A stretch of DNA of 64,000 bases. Source: Candidatus Latescibacterota bacterium. GTDB taxonomy: Bacteria > Latescibacterota > UBA2968. Both the position numbers and the translations under genes were made by a program. Below are positions 54,164 through 64,000 of this stretch, piece after piece. A model generated the notes under the pieces. The model ran no database searches and was not told the origin of the DNA. It saw nothing but the letters and a program-made list of their open reading frames with translations. Location of the stretch: positions 4,480,001 to 4,544,000 of the forward strand of contig OZ244960.1 in NCBI GenBank assembly GCA_965222605.1. Direction: 5' to 3'. Each line of letters begins with the position of its first letter. Position 1 is the stretch's first letter.

Positions 54164-57100
54164 TCAATCTGCGGCGGTGTGGCGATATGGGGATGTGGAT
54201 TCAATTTTTGGCGCGCCAAACCATCGCCAGATCAGGCTGATCAGGACAGGTACAATGACCAGCGTGAGGGCAGTAGCAAATGCGAGACCAAAGATCACAG
54301 CCACGCCCATTGGCCCCCACCACTGACTGCTGCGCCCCCCAATTTCCCATGAAAAAGAAAAAAAGTCAAAACTTATACCCGTGGCAAGGGGCAACAGGCC
54401 CAGAATGGTGGTTATGGCTGTGAGAATGACAGGGCGAAATCTTACGACGCCTGCGCGTATGATCGCTTCGCGCGCTGAAAGGCCGCGCTGGCGCAATTGC
54501 AGGGTATAGCCGATTAGAACAATGGCGTTGTTGACAACCACGCCTGCAAGGCTGATCACGCCGATACCCGTCATGAGAATGCCAAAAGGGGTTCCGGTGA
54601 CTATCAGGCCGATCAATACGCCAATCATAGACAAAATGACGGATGTGAGAATGGTAAAGGGCAGGGCCAGAGAATTGAATTGCGTAATCAGAATGAGCGC
54701 GATGCCCGCCAATGCTATGAGCAGGGCTTTGGAAAGAAAGGCAGTGGCTTTTTGCTGTTCTTCATTTTCTCCGGAATAGGCGATCTGATAGCCCGGTGGC
54801 AGGGAAAAATTGGATAGGGCTGCTTGCACATCGCGCATGGCTGCATCAGATGTGCGGTCTTGCACTTTGCCTTCAATGGAGATAACGCGCTTGAGATCCT
54901 TGCGCCGAATGCTGCCAAATCCCCCGCCCGTTTCTATACGTGCAACCGCGCTTATGGGCGTGATCTTGCCATCTTTTTCAATGGTAATACGTTTGAGGTC
55001 GGCAAGCGTATTGCGCTTGTCGGACTTGAATCTCACGCGGATATCGTATTCGTCTTCGCCCAGCCGATATTCGGATGCTTCTGAGCCGTAAACGGCTGAG
55101 CGCACCGTAGCGGCAATCAGGCGTGTATTGAGGCCCGCTATTGCAGCGGCTTCTCGATCTACAACGATGCGGACTTCGGGACGCCCGCGGTCGTAGTTAT
55201 CTTTGAGATCTACAACGCCGGGCACATCGGCCACGACGCGTTTGATGCGTGCGGATAGTTGACCTAAGATCTCGAAGTTTTCGCCGGATACCTCAACGCT
55301 GATGGGCGGGCCTACGGGGGGTCCGCCGCGTTCTTGGGACAATTCGATTTCGGCGCCGGTCAGGTTTTTGAGTTTGCTGCGAATTTCCTCAATGGTCTCA
55401 AAAGAGGATTGCTGCCGAAGATTCTCATCGACAAAGTCTATGGAGATGCGACTGGCATTTGAAACGCCTTCGCCACCTGCAAATACATCGCCGCCAGAGA
55501 CACCCACGTTGGCAACATAGGTTTCAATATCGGGAATACCGGCGAGAATAGATTCGATCTGGCGCGCCAGTTGATCCGATGTTTCGAGGTTTGTGCCAGA
55601 TGGAGCGCGCACATCGATATAGGCTGTGTTGGGTTCAATTTCGGGAAAAAATTCGATGCCTCGACCCCCAAAATAGTACGCTACAACGACGAGAAGGAGT
55701 GTGCTCGCTGCAAGAGAGAGGGTTATTCCCGGGTAATTGAGTGCCATTTCGAGGCGACGCTGATAGGCGTTGAGGCTGCGCTGGAGGCGGGGAGATGTCT
55801 CTTTGACCGTTCCTCGCACCGTCATGAAAGATGCACAAAATGTGGGATTGAGGACGAGGCCCACAAAGAGGGATGAAGACAGGGTTATGATCAGGGTTAT
55901 GGGCAAATATTTCATAAATTCGCCCATAATGCCGGGCCAGACAATCATGGGTGCAAAAGCACATAATGTCGTCAGTGTTGAGGTTATCACAGGCCATGCA
56001 ACTTCTCCCGTGCCTTCCAACGCCCCCTGGATGGGAGATTGGCCTTCTTGCCGGTGGCGATAGATATTTTCGACAATGACGATGGCATTATCGACGAGCA
56101 TGCCGAGCGCGAGGATCAGACTAAACAAAACGATCATATTGAGCGTGATGCCCATAATGGATATGATGATAAAGGAAATGAGCATAGAGAGGGGAATGGC
56201 GATACCGACAAAAAAGGCATTGCGGAGGCCCAGGAAAAAGAGGAGCACCAGAATGACGAGGATAAGGCCGGATACGATATTGTTTTCGAGGTCTTTGACC
56301 ATCATGCGAATGTCTTCGGACTGGTCGCCCAAAATGGTGATTTGCGTGCCTGCAGGAAGGGTGGGTTTCAAATCGTCGAGCGCGATTTTAATCTGATCGG
56401 CTATGGCAATCAGATTTTCACCGCTGCGCTTGACAATTTCGAGACTTACACTGGGTTTGTGGTTGAGACGGGCGTAATTTGCGCGGTCCTTAAACCCATA
56501 TACAACATCGGCAACATCGCGAATATAGACCGGGCGGCCTTGCGACGCTTTGATGAGGAGGTCGCCAATTTGGGGAACGGTTTCAAGCTCACCGGGCACG
56601 CGCACGGCGTACTTGTACGCGCCTATATCCACGCTGCCACCAGGAAGGGTCAAATTTTCGCGTTGAATGGCCTCAATCACGTCCTGGATGGCGAGTTTGT
56701 AGGCGATGAGACGGTCGGGATCGACATCGACTTTGACTTCGTGTTCGAGACCGCCCACCACGCGTACTTCGAGGATGCCGGGGATGGTTTCGATATGATC
56801 GGCGAAGTCTTCGGCAATTTCTTTCAGCCGAATCAGCCCATAGTCTCCCGACAATGCGACGAGCATCATGGGGATATTGGAAAAGTTGACTTCGAGAACC
56901 GCGGGGTCTTCAGCATCATCGGGTAATTCTGATTTGGCGAGATCGACCTTGTCTTTGACGCGCTGGAGAGCATTGTCAATGTCGGCATTGGGATTAAATT
57001 CGACTGTAATTGACGAAGCACCTTCGACCGAACTCGATCGGATCACTTTGACATTTTCAATGGATTGAAGTTCTTTTTCCAAAGGTCGGGTGATGAGGTT

Positions 57101-57280
57101 TTCAACATCCTGAGGCGAGGTGCCGATATACGGCGTGCTGACGATGATGAGGGGGATAGTAATATCTGGCGCGGCTTCGCGGGGAAGTGACTGATAGGCC
57201 GAGATGCCCGAGATGATCAGGATACCGACAAAGACGTAAACGGTAATGCGATGTTTGAGTGCGTACGCGGTGATGGTCAT
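54164..57280 (-). CDS. RND efflux permease (AcrB/AcrD/AcrF family)
   Basis: GMLVDNAIVIVENI, GVVVNNAIVL and RFRPVILTAITTILGLLP. Confidence 0.95.
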   Translation of the reverse strand: MTITAYALKHRITVYVFVGILIISGISAYQSLPREAAPDITIPLIIVSTPYIGTSPQDVENLITRPLEKELQSIENVKVIRSSSVEGASSITVEFNPNADIDNALQRVKDKVDLAKSELPDDAEDPAVLEVNFSNIPMMLVALSGDYGLIRLKEIAEDFADHIETIPGILEVRVVGGLEHEVKVDVDPDRLIAYKLAIQDVIEAIQRENLTLPGGSVDIGAYKYAVRVPGELETVPQIGDLLIKASQGRPVYIRDVADVVYGFKDRANYARLNHKPSVSLEIVKRSGENLIAIADQIKIALDDLKPTLPAGTQITILGDQSEDIRMMVKDLENNIVSGLILVILVLLFFLGLRNAFFVGIAIPLSMLISFIIISIMGITLNMIVLFSLILALGMLVDNAIVIVENIYRHRQEGQSPIQGALEGTGEVAWPVITSTLTTLCAFAPMIVWPGIMGEFMKYLPITLIITLSSSLFVGLVLNPTFCASFMTVRGTVKETSPRLQRSLNAYQRRLEMALNYPGITLSLAASTLLLVVVAYYFGGRGIEFFPEIEPNTAYIDVRAPSGTNLETSDQLARQIESILAGIPDIETYVANVGVSGGDVFAGGEGVSNASRISIDFVDENLRQQSSFETIEEIRSKLKNLTGAEIELSQERGGPPVGPPISVEVSGENFEILGQLSARIKRVVADVPGVVDLKDNYDRGRPEVRIVVDREAAAIAGLNTRLIAATVRSAVYGSEASEYRLGEDEYDIRVRFKSDKRNTLADLKRITIEKDGKITPISAVARIETGGGFGSIRRKDLKRVISIEGKVQDRTSDAAMRDVQAALSNFSLPPGYQIAYSGENEEQQKATAFLSKALLIALAGIALILITQFNSLALPFTILTSVILSMIGVLIGLIVTGTPFGILMTGIGVISLAGVVVNNAIVLIGYTLQLRQRGLSAREAIIRAGVVRFRPVILTAITTILGLLPLATGISFDFFSFSWEIGGRSSQWWGPMGVAVIFGLAFATALTLVIVPVLISLIWRWFGAPKIESTSPYRHTAAD

Positions 57281-58326
57281 GGGACGGGTTCCGCATATTT
57301 TATTGCCACGCGGTCGCCATCAATGAGATCGCGCCCGCCTTTGACGATAATTTGATCGCCAGAGGAAAGCCCCTTCTGGACGACGACGCGCTCGGCTTCT
57401 GATGGCCCCAGGCGGAGCGGGCGCATAAGGGCCATGTCGCCTTTTACGACAAAGGCCACAGGCCCGGTTTCGCGTTCGATAATGGCTTCGCGGGGAATGA
57501 CGATGACATGCCGGTGAATGCGGCGCACGGCTTTCAGCGTGCCGATCATGCCGGGGCGGATATGCCCTGTTGGGTTGGGCAGATGGACTTCAATGGGAAA
57601 AACCCTCTGGTCTGTATCTGCTGCCGGGCCAACATGGGCGATTGTGCCCTCATAAGTTTGGTGCGGCAGAGCATCGAGGACGAGGGTGACGAGACTGCCT
57701 TCGACAAAGTCGATGATTTCGCTCTCCGCTACCCAGGCCGCAACGCGCAGGCTGTCGGTTTGAACGAGGCGAAATGTTGCGCCATCTCGCGCGATATGTT
57801 GCCCCTGTGAGAGGTGCCGCTTTGCAATATAGCCTGAAAAAGGCGCTTGTATCCGCCCATAAGAGAGCCGATGCTTTAAGGTCTGCGCTGTTGATTTGGC
57901 CCGATGGAAGTCGTATTCCGTGGCAAAATACGCCTGTTCGGAAATCGATCCTTCCGAGAAAAGTTGTTTGCTGCGCTCGTAATTGTAGGTTTGAAACTTC
58001 AGGTTGGCCTCGGCTTCGATTAATGCGGCTTGCAGAAGCTCCATGTTGAGTTGCGCGAGATTCTCTCCGCGTTTGACGTAATCACCCACATCTTTGTACG
58101 TGCTGATGACCTCACCAGATTCGAGCGCACTGATGGTCACATCGCGCCAGGCTTTTACCGTGGCAGATAGCCTGCTGTATTGGATGAGCGAATCGGGTTT
58201 GAGTGCAAATGTAGATACATTGGTGGTGCGCTCTAAGGGAATTTCTTTTTGCGCCGAAGATTCGTCGCCACAGCCCAGATTGATCAAGATCAAAAGACCG
58301 GGTATCAAAAGCCTGTACAAACTCAT
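57277..58326 (-). CDS. RND periplasmic adaptor (membrane fusion protein)
   Basis: Lipoprotein-like LGC, VGDYVKRGE, IQAPFSG, IRPGM and GLSSGDQII. Confidence 0.92.
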   Translation of the reverse strand: MSLYRLLIPGLLILINLGCGDESSAQKEIPLERTTNVSTFALKPDSLIQYSRLSATVKAWRDVTISALESGEVISTYKDVGDYVKRGENLAQLNMELLQAALIEAEANLKFQTYNYERSKQLFSEGSISEQAYFATEYDFHRAKSTAQTLKHRLSYGRIQAPFSGYIAKRHLSQGQHIARDGATFRLVQTDSLRVAAWVAESEIIDFVEGSLVTLVLDALPHQTYEGTIAHVGPAADTDQRVFPIEVHLPNPTGHIRPGMIGTLKAVRRIHRHVIVIPREAIIERETGPVAFVVKGDMALMRPLRLGPSEAERVVVQKGLSSGDQIIVKGGRDLIDGDRVAIKYAEPVP

Positions 58327-59672
58327 GGTTTATCCTCCTCACCCAAAATGCCCGCACTGAGTTCTAATTGCACGAGGGTGACCGCGAGATCTCGCTTTGC
58401 GCGCGCGAGTTCGGCTTCGGCGCGTTGTAAGGTGAGTTGCCCATCGATGACTTCGATCTGGGTGCCAACGCCATTCTCATAACGCGATTCCGCGATTTGC
58501 AGGCCCCGACGGGCGAGACCAACGGCCTGTATCTGCGCGCTTTTTCTGGCGCGAACTTCGGAAAAAGAGCGACACGCTTGCAGGATGTTGAAACGCACGC
58601 CGCGCTCGGTTTGTTTTTGCACCAGTTCGGCTTGCCGCGTGTCTGAGCGGGCCTGCGCAACCTGTGCGTTTGTGCGAAAGCCATCAAAAATGGGAATGTT
58701 GATGGCGATGCCCGAAAACCAGCTCTGACGAAAATCGTCTTTTACAAAATCAAATTCGTTTTTTTGAGCCTGCCACTGTCCATTGACAATTAAATCTATG
58801 GTCGGGCGGGATTCTGATCGGGCAATGGTCTCTGCATGCTGGAGCATTTCGATCTCGAGGGAGTACTGACGTACAATGGGATGCATTTGCATTGAGAGGT
58901 CAATTAGTTCTGTCTCGGTGATAGTCGATAAAAGGTAGATTTCTTCGCGGAAAGTCCCTTGAGGTGTAATGGATTCATTGGGGTCAATGCCGATCTGGTT
59001 TTTGAACGCGAGATCTGCCAATATATGCACATTCTCCGTGCGTATGGAGTCTGTCAGCAATTCGGCGACCTGAACCTGTGCGCGCAGCAAATCGTAGTCC
59101 GATACGCGCCCTGCCTCGCGCAGTTTTTCGACGCGCTTGAAATTTGCACGCGCGCGCGCTACAGAAGATTTGCTGACGTGCGTGAGTTCTCCAGCCAATA
59201 GCAGGTCGTAAAAAGCCGTTTCGACCTGTGTGTGTACTTGTTGCTTTGCAGCGCGTACCTTTTCCATCGAAAATTGTCTGAGCAGACGCGCAACGCGCAG
59301 GGCTGAAAAAGATTTGCCTCCACCCCAAATGGCTTGTCGAATGCCAACCGTGCCGATGAGGTTGTTGTGCGCGCCGACGGTAAATTGTTGTTGGCCTGCT
59401 GGCGTATCGAAAAAAAAGGTAGGCAGCAACCAGTTGCGCGTGTACTGCAAGGTAATGTCAAACTGGGGGAGAACATCGGCCACTGCATGGCGAATCCGTT
59501 GGTGTGATTTGTCCAGATCTTCGCGCACAATTTGCAGGGCTTCGTTGTGCGATAGCGCGTGCTGTAAACTCTCTTCGAGTGTAATAGACCGGGAATAGGC
59601 TTTGGAGATCGCAAAAAAAAGGAACAGAAGGACGATGGTACACAGCCATCGGCAAAGAGATATATAGTCCAT
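58323..59672 (-). CDS. TolC family outer membrane protein
   Basis: ITLEESLQHAL, IPIFDG and RYENGVGTQIEV. Start approximate. Confidence 0.9.
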   Translation of the reverse strand: MDYISLCRWLCTIVLLFLFFAISKAYSRSITLEESLQHALSHNEALQIVREDLDKSHQRIRHAVADVLPQFDITLQYTRNWLLPTFFFDTPAGQQQFTVGAHNNLIGTVGIRQAIWGGGKSFSALRVARLLRQFSMEKVRAAKQQVHTQVETAFYDLLLAGELTHVSKSSVARARANFKRVEKLREAGRVSDYDLLRAQVQVAELLTDSIRTENVHILADLAFKNQIGIDPNESITPQGTFREEIYLLSTITETELIDLSMQMHPIVRQYSLEIEMLQHAETIARSESRPTIDLIVNGQWQAQKNEFDFVKDDFRQSWFSGIAINIPIFDGFRTNAQVAQARSDTRQAELVQKQTERGVRFNILQACRSFSEVRARKSAQIQAVGLARRGLQIAESRYENGVGTQIEVIDGQLTLQRAEAELARAKRDLAVTLVQLELSAGILGEEDKP

Positions 59673-59755
59673 CGGCATTTGGGGGGATCGAGATTTGGTG
59701 GGGATACTGTTTACCTGAAAATCTACGGGGTTTTGCCGTACATTGTCAAGGTGTT

Positions 59756-60628
59756 TCACAAATTGATACGGCAGACGCTGTCAGATAAGGTCAATGCCTG
59801 GACAGTCTCTGCGACATCGTGAACCCTTACAATGTGTACTCCTGCGGTTATACCCAATGTGATTGCAGCAATGCTACCTGGTAGTCGCTCGTGAGATTGG
59901 CATTTGGGAGCGGTAAACTGCTTGCGCGATGCACCCATGAGAAGAGGATATTCCAGCGTGTGAAATTCGGACAGTCGCGCGAGTGTCTCGATATTGTGCG
60001 CGTATTTTTTTCCAAACCCCAGCCCCGGATCAATCGCAATCTGAGAGCGGGAAATGCCCATTGCTCTTGCGCGGTCAATTTGTGCGCTTAAAAAATTGAG
60101 AATATCGGACACAACATCGTTGTACATGGGGTTCTGCTGCATGGTTGAGGGCGTTCCCTGCATGTGCATGAGGATAATAGCAGCTCCCGTTTCCGCGATC
60201 AGATGCATCATGCTGGCATCAAAACGCAGGGCACTGATGTCATTGACAATGGTTGCGCCGTTGTCAATGGCCTGTCGGGCGACTTCGGCTTTGGTTGTGT
60301 CTATGGAGATGGGTACGTCGAGTTGTGGAGCAATGGCCTCAATAATGGGAATGGTGCGATCCAGTTCTTCTTTTAGAGAGACGACTGTTGCCCCTTTTCC
60401 ATAAGGCCCGGCTGGACGGGTTGATTCACCCCCAATATCGATCATGTCAGCACCTGCCTCAACCAGTGCCAGTGCCCGCTCAATCGCTTTGCGCGGTTCA
60501 AAATAAAGGCCGCCGTCTGAGAACGAGTCTGGCGTGACATTGAGAACGCCCATCACGAGTGTTCGATGACCCAATTGGAGGGGTGTGCCACAGCATGAAA
60601 GCTGGTAAATAGGGCGTATGTGTTTCAT
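59756..60628 (-). CDS. folP: Dihydropteroate synthase
   Basis: MGVLNVTPDSFSDGG, DIGGESTRP, IDPGLGFGK, SRK and VRVHDV. Confidence 0.96.
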   Translation of the reverse strand: MKHIRPIYQLSCCGTPLQLGHRTLVMGVLNVTPDSFSDGGLYFEPRKAIERALALVEAGADMIDIGGESTRPAGPYGKGATVVSLKEELDRTIPIIEAIAPQLDVPISIDTTKAEVARQAIDNGATIVNDISALRFDASMMHLIAETGAAIILMHMQGTPSTMQQNPMYNDVVSDILNFLSAQIDRARAMGISRSQIAIDPGLGFGKKYAHNIETLARLSEFHTLEYPLLMGASRKQFTAPKCQSHERLPGSIAAITLGITAGVHIVRVHDVAETVQALTLSDSVCRINL

Positions 60629-60635
60629 GGGAGCT

Positions 60636-60669
60636 AAAAAAAGAGATGGCAACCGCCATCTCTTTTTTT
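60636..60669. terminator. Intrinsic terminator downstream of ftsH
   Basis: AAAAAAA-GAGATGGC-AACC-GCCATCTC-TTTTTTT. Confidence 0.75.
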
Positions 60670-60676
60670 CTGTGGA

Positions 60677-62827
60677 TTAGTCACCTGATGGCTGTTTTTC
60701 CTGTTCAGAGGTGTGTTCCTCCGAGGTTTGGTCTGTTGCTTCCTGTTCTTCTGTGACCTGATCTTTCGATTCTTCTGGATGTTTGGCACGCCCGTTTGGC
60801 ACTGATTTTTCGAGTGTTTTGCCTTCTAATAACTGGTCGAGCTGTACATTGTTGAGGGTTTCAAATTCGAGTAATGCTTTGGCAAGGATGTGAACGTTGT
60901 CGATGTTATCACTGAGCAATTGTTCTGCGCGGGACTCGGCTTTGAGCACGAAGTTTCTAATTTCCTCGTCGATCATTTCGGCTACTCTGTCGCTGTGGTC
61001 TCGACGTTGTGCCATTTCGAGCCCGAGGAATATTTCGTCGTTTTGCTGCCCATAAGCAATGGGACCGAGTTTTTGACTCATGCCCCAATCGCAAACCATT
61101 TGCCGGGCGAGATTGGTGGCCATGCGGTAGTCTTGCTGCCCGCCTGTTGTGATTTCGCCAAAAACGAGCTTTTCGGCAATTCTACCACCCAGGGCGTAAG
61201 CGAGGACAGCTTCACAATAACTTTGAGGATAGGTGTGGCGCTCGTCGATGGGCAGGGTGTGTGTGACGCCGAGGGCACGCCCGCGAGGAATGATGGTCAC
61301 TTTGTGCAGGGGATCGCTTTCTGGTATGAGTTTGGCTACCAGCGCATGACCAATTTCGTGATAGGACGTGAGGCGTTTTTCCTTGTCGGAAATGACCAGG
61401 CTGCGTCGCTCTGCGCCCATCATGACTTTGTCTTTGGCGTCTTCAAAGTCGTTCATGGTTACGCTGTCTCGGTTGTATCTCGATGCCAGCAGCGCGGCTT
61501 CGTTGACCAGGTTGGCGAGGTCTGCGCCTGCCAGTCCAGGGGTTCCGCGCGCCAGCACCTGTAAGTTGACGTCCTCGGAGAGAGGTGTGTTGCGGGTGTG
61601 AACTTTTAGAATGCCTTCCCGCCCTCTGACATCGGGACGATCTACCACGACCTGGCGGTCGAAGCGTCCGGGTCGCAACAGCGCGGGGTCGAGCACATCG
61701 GGACGGTTGGTGGCTGCGATGAGGATGAGGCCCTCTTTGGATTCAAAACCATCCATTTCAACCAGGAGTTGATTGAGGGTTTGTTCGCGCTCGTCGTGAC
61801 CTCCTCCAATACCTGCGCCGCGGTGCCGCCCCACAGCATCTATTTCGTCGATAAAGATGATACACGGGGCATGATTTTTCCCCTGTTCAAAGAGGTCGCG
61901 CACGCGCGATGCGCCCACGCCGACAAACATTTCGACAAAGTCCGAGCCGCTCATTAAAAAGAATGGAACAGCCGCTTCGCCTGCGACAGCGCGTGCCATG
62001 TACGTTTTGCCCGTGCCGGGGGGGCCAACCAGGAGTACGCCTTTTGGAATGCGCCCGCCCAGGCGTTGAAATTTGCGCGGATCTTTCAGAAATTCGATGA
62101 TTTCCTGTAGTTCTTGCTTGGCTTCTTCGACACCTGCAACGTCTTTGAATGTGATTGTGGTTTTATCTTCAGAGATGAGCTTTGCCTTGCTTTTGCCAAA
62201 GCTGAACGCGCCTTTGGGGCCTCCTTGCATTTGACGCAAAATGAAGAGCCAAAGCCCTATGAACAGTAGCCATGGCAAAAAATTAAAAAATATGTTGAGC
62301 CAGTTAGAGGGTTTTTGAAAGCGAAAGTCAACGCCGTATTTGAGCCATTCTTCGCGGGTCTGGGCATCTACGACGCCCAGGTCAACGACAAAATCGCGAA
62401 AGGTGTGCTGTTGTCTTCGCCCTGGTGGGGTAAGCTCTTCTGCGACGAGGTGGCCGCGAAATTCGTTTTCAATAATAACCGCGCTCTGGATTTTTCCCTC
62501 TTCGAGAAGCATTTTGTACTCTTTGTAGCTGAGCACGACATCGCTGGAGGGGTCGCTACCAAAAAATTTGGAAGCAAAAATGGCAACCAGTACAAAAAAT
62601 ATCCAGAAAGCCAGTGGTTTTGAGATGCGCCGCCAGGGCCGCTTGCCATTCTCCGAAGCCCCATTGCGATCAGCATTATCCCGATTGAGCACTGACAAGT
62701 TTGGGCGCCGCTCTTTTTTCGTTTCAGGCGCGTCATCTTCAGGCTGTGTGGGAGCGCGATCAGGCGTCTCGTCGGATGAATGTGTTTCTTCATCCGGTTT
62801 CGAGTCCCTGTCCTTGGGGTCGGTCAT
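60677..62827 (-). CDS. ftsH: ATP-dependent zinc metalloprotease FtsH
   Basis: Two TM helices, [27 protein letters not shown] and HEIGH. Confidence 0.97.
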   Translation of the reverse strand: MTDPKDRDSKPDEETHSSDETPDRAPTQPEDDAPETKKERRPNLSVLNRDNADRNGASENGKRPWRRISKPLAFWIFFVLVAIFASKFFGSDPSSDVVLSYKEYKMLLEEGKIQSAVIIENEFRGHLVAEELTPPGRRQQHTFRDFVVDLGVVDAQTREEWLKYGVDFRFQKPSNWLNIFFNFLPWLLFIGLWLFILRQMQGGPKGAFSFGKSKAKLISEDKTTITFKDVAGVEEAKQELQEIIEFLKDPRKFQRLGGRIPKGVLLVGPPGTGKTYMARAVAGEAAVPFFLMSGSDFVEMFVGVGASRVRDLFEQGKNHAPCIIFIDEIDAVGRHRGAGIGGGHDEREQTLNQLLVEMDGFESKEGLILIAATNRPDVLDPALLRPGRFDRQVVVDRPDVRGREGILKVHTRNTPLSEDVNLQVLARGTPGLAGADLANLVNEAALLASRYNRDSVTMNDFEDAKDKVMMGAERRSLVISDKEKRLTSYHEIGHALVAKLIPESDPLHKVTIIPRGRALGVTHTLPIDERHTYPQSYCEAVLAYALGGRIAEKLVFGEITTGGQQDYRMATNLARQMVCDWGMSQKLGPIAYGQQNDEIFLGLEMAQRRDHSDRVAEMIDEEIRNFVLKAESRAEQLLSDNIDNVHILAKALLEFETLNNVQLDQLLEGKTLEKSVPNGRAKHPEESKDQVTEEQEATDQTSEEHTSEQEKQPSGD

Positions 62828-64000
62828 AAATGCCTCTTTTCGCATTGTGTGATCATGCTACTATAGGTTGCTTTGAGCACGCGCCGAGTAGTTGGTGTGA
62901 TGGGTGCAATTTGTGAACGCCGAAGGCCAACGACCCACAAAATGGTCGCACCACTTACCAGCAGTGGTATTTCGCCGCGCAGTGGGCGGGGTATTTTGCT
63001 GTCGCCGAGCAGTCTGCTGACTTTTTTCCCCCCCTGCATGCCAAAAGGGTGAAACCAGTCGCCCGGCCGGGGTGAGCGGAGATACAACGCCCGGTTGGGA
63101 AGTTGATCCAGATCAAAAAAAACGGTATGATTCGCTGTTTTTGAACTGCTGAAGCAGTTGTACACCGCTTGCAGGTGCTCATGGTTGACTCGATTTAATA
63201 TGGTTATTGAGAATTTGCCGTTGATATCGAGCGTCTCATCGGGTTCAACCAAAAAGCAGTAAGCTCGGGCGGGTTGAGCGATAATAAGTGTGTCATGCGT
63301 GCGATAAGCTGAGATTCCTGGCGTTATTTGAACGCTGTTTCCAGGGGTGGAAGAAATTTCGAGAATTCGTTCAATAACCTGGAAACGCGCGGCTTCGGCA
63401 TTGGCCTGGAGGGCAAAGAGCACCTTCCGAATCAGACGACGCCGAAGTGATATATGATAACTGAAAAATCGCCTAACATCAAGGATAAATTTTCGAGTGT
63501 CGCGGTACAGGAGGGTTTCCGAAAGTGCCTGTTCCGCAATGTTTTCGAGGTGTGCATCGTCATTTTGTAGCAGGGTTGCCGAACGTGAAAGGAGGTCTTC
63601 GATTTGGGGATTGTATGTCTTTTGCAAGTGGGGTATCAGATCTGTGCGAATGCGATTGCGCAGAAATTTTGGATCGCTATTTGTTTCATCGCGCAGCACT
63701 CGCAATTTGCGAGTGCGTACATAAAGTTCGATTTCCGACCTGGAAAATGAGAGCAGGGGACGAATCCAGCACGCTTCTGAAATTGGACGCATACCCCCCA
63801 ATCCGGTGAGTCCTGAACCTCGGACAAGGCGCAACAGGACGGTTTCTGCCTGATCGCTTTTTGTATGGCCAAGCGCGATCCGGTTTGCGCCGGTTTTTTG
63901 TTGTATTTTTTTTAAAAATGCCCGTCGTGCATCGCGCGCTGCTTCTTCGATTGATTGCTTTTTATCTTGTGCTCGCTGCGCAACATCTTCCTTTCCGATA
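62824..64000 (-). CDS. tilS: tRNA(Ile)-lysidine synthetase, 5' end outside window
   Basis: The frame is open to the window edge: [44 protein letters not shown] and [11 protein letters not shown]. Confidence 0.93.
   Translation of the reverse strand, partial: IGKEDVAQRAQDKKQSIEEAARDARRAFLKKIQQKTGANRIALGHTKSDQAETVLLRLVRGSGLTGLGGMRPISEACWIRPLLSFSRSEIELYVRTRKLRVLRDETNSDPKFLRNRIRTDLIPHLQKTYNPQIEDLLSRSATLLQNDDAHLENIAEQALSETLLYRDTRKFILDVRRFFSYHISLRRRLIRKVLFALQANAEAARFQVIERILEISSTPGNSVQITPGISAYRTHDTLIIAQPARAYCFLVEPDETLDINGKFSITILNRVNHEHLQAVYNCFSSSKTANHTVFFDLDQLPNRALYLRSPRPGDWFHPFGMQGGKKVSRLLGDSKIPRPLRGEIPLLVSGATILWVVGLRRSQIAPITPTTRRVLKATYSSMITQCEKRHL

Noticed and set aside
56039-56926. Long antisense ORFs (also 60890-61564, 22372-23061, 26008-26652, 8243-8806)
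   Set aside because: They are shadows of well-conserved genes on the opposite strand, with no recognisable motifs.
1-64000. tRNA, rRNA, prophage or integrase
   Set aside because: No cloverleaf, rRNA-length non-coding region, phage gene or recombinase gene was recognised by eye. A tRNA/Rfam scan would be needed to fully exclude small RNAs.

Overview
64 kb of bacterial chromosome, roughly 50% GC by eye. It is diderm (TolC/RND pump). Sulfatases, PhyH dioxygenases and Gfo/Idh enzymes are compatible with an FCB-superphylum organism such as Latescibacterota or Gemmatimonadota, possibly host-associated; this taxonomy is low-confidence inference. Housekeeping blocks: UPF0182-murQ, clpX-like/rqcH, folD under a ZMP/ZTP riboswitch, yggS-yggT-divIVA-mtnP-NUDIX-dksA-lspA-rluD, recJ/PPK2, trxA-holA, an RND efflux operon and tilS-ftsH-folP. 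Accessory content: three intact IS elements (IS982, IS66, IS5) with inverted repeats and target-site duplications, two of which split genes; a Fic gene with a decaying toxin-antitoxin patch; a PspA/DUF350/membrane spermidine-synthase locus split into two convergent halves; a lipoprotein serpin; and a probable csrA remnant. The best candidates for undescribed systems are (i) two tandem PhyH paralogues, one with the HxD hydroxylase motif and one with the HxG halogenase-type motif, followed by a sulfatase, and (ii) a binding protein/sensor kinase/REC-PP2C/STAS/anti-sigma partner-switching cluster ending in an ammonium transporter. No rRNA, tRNA or CRISPR array was seen. All calls come from motif recognition, without database searches.
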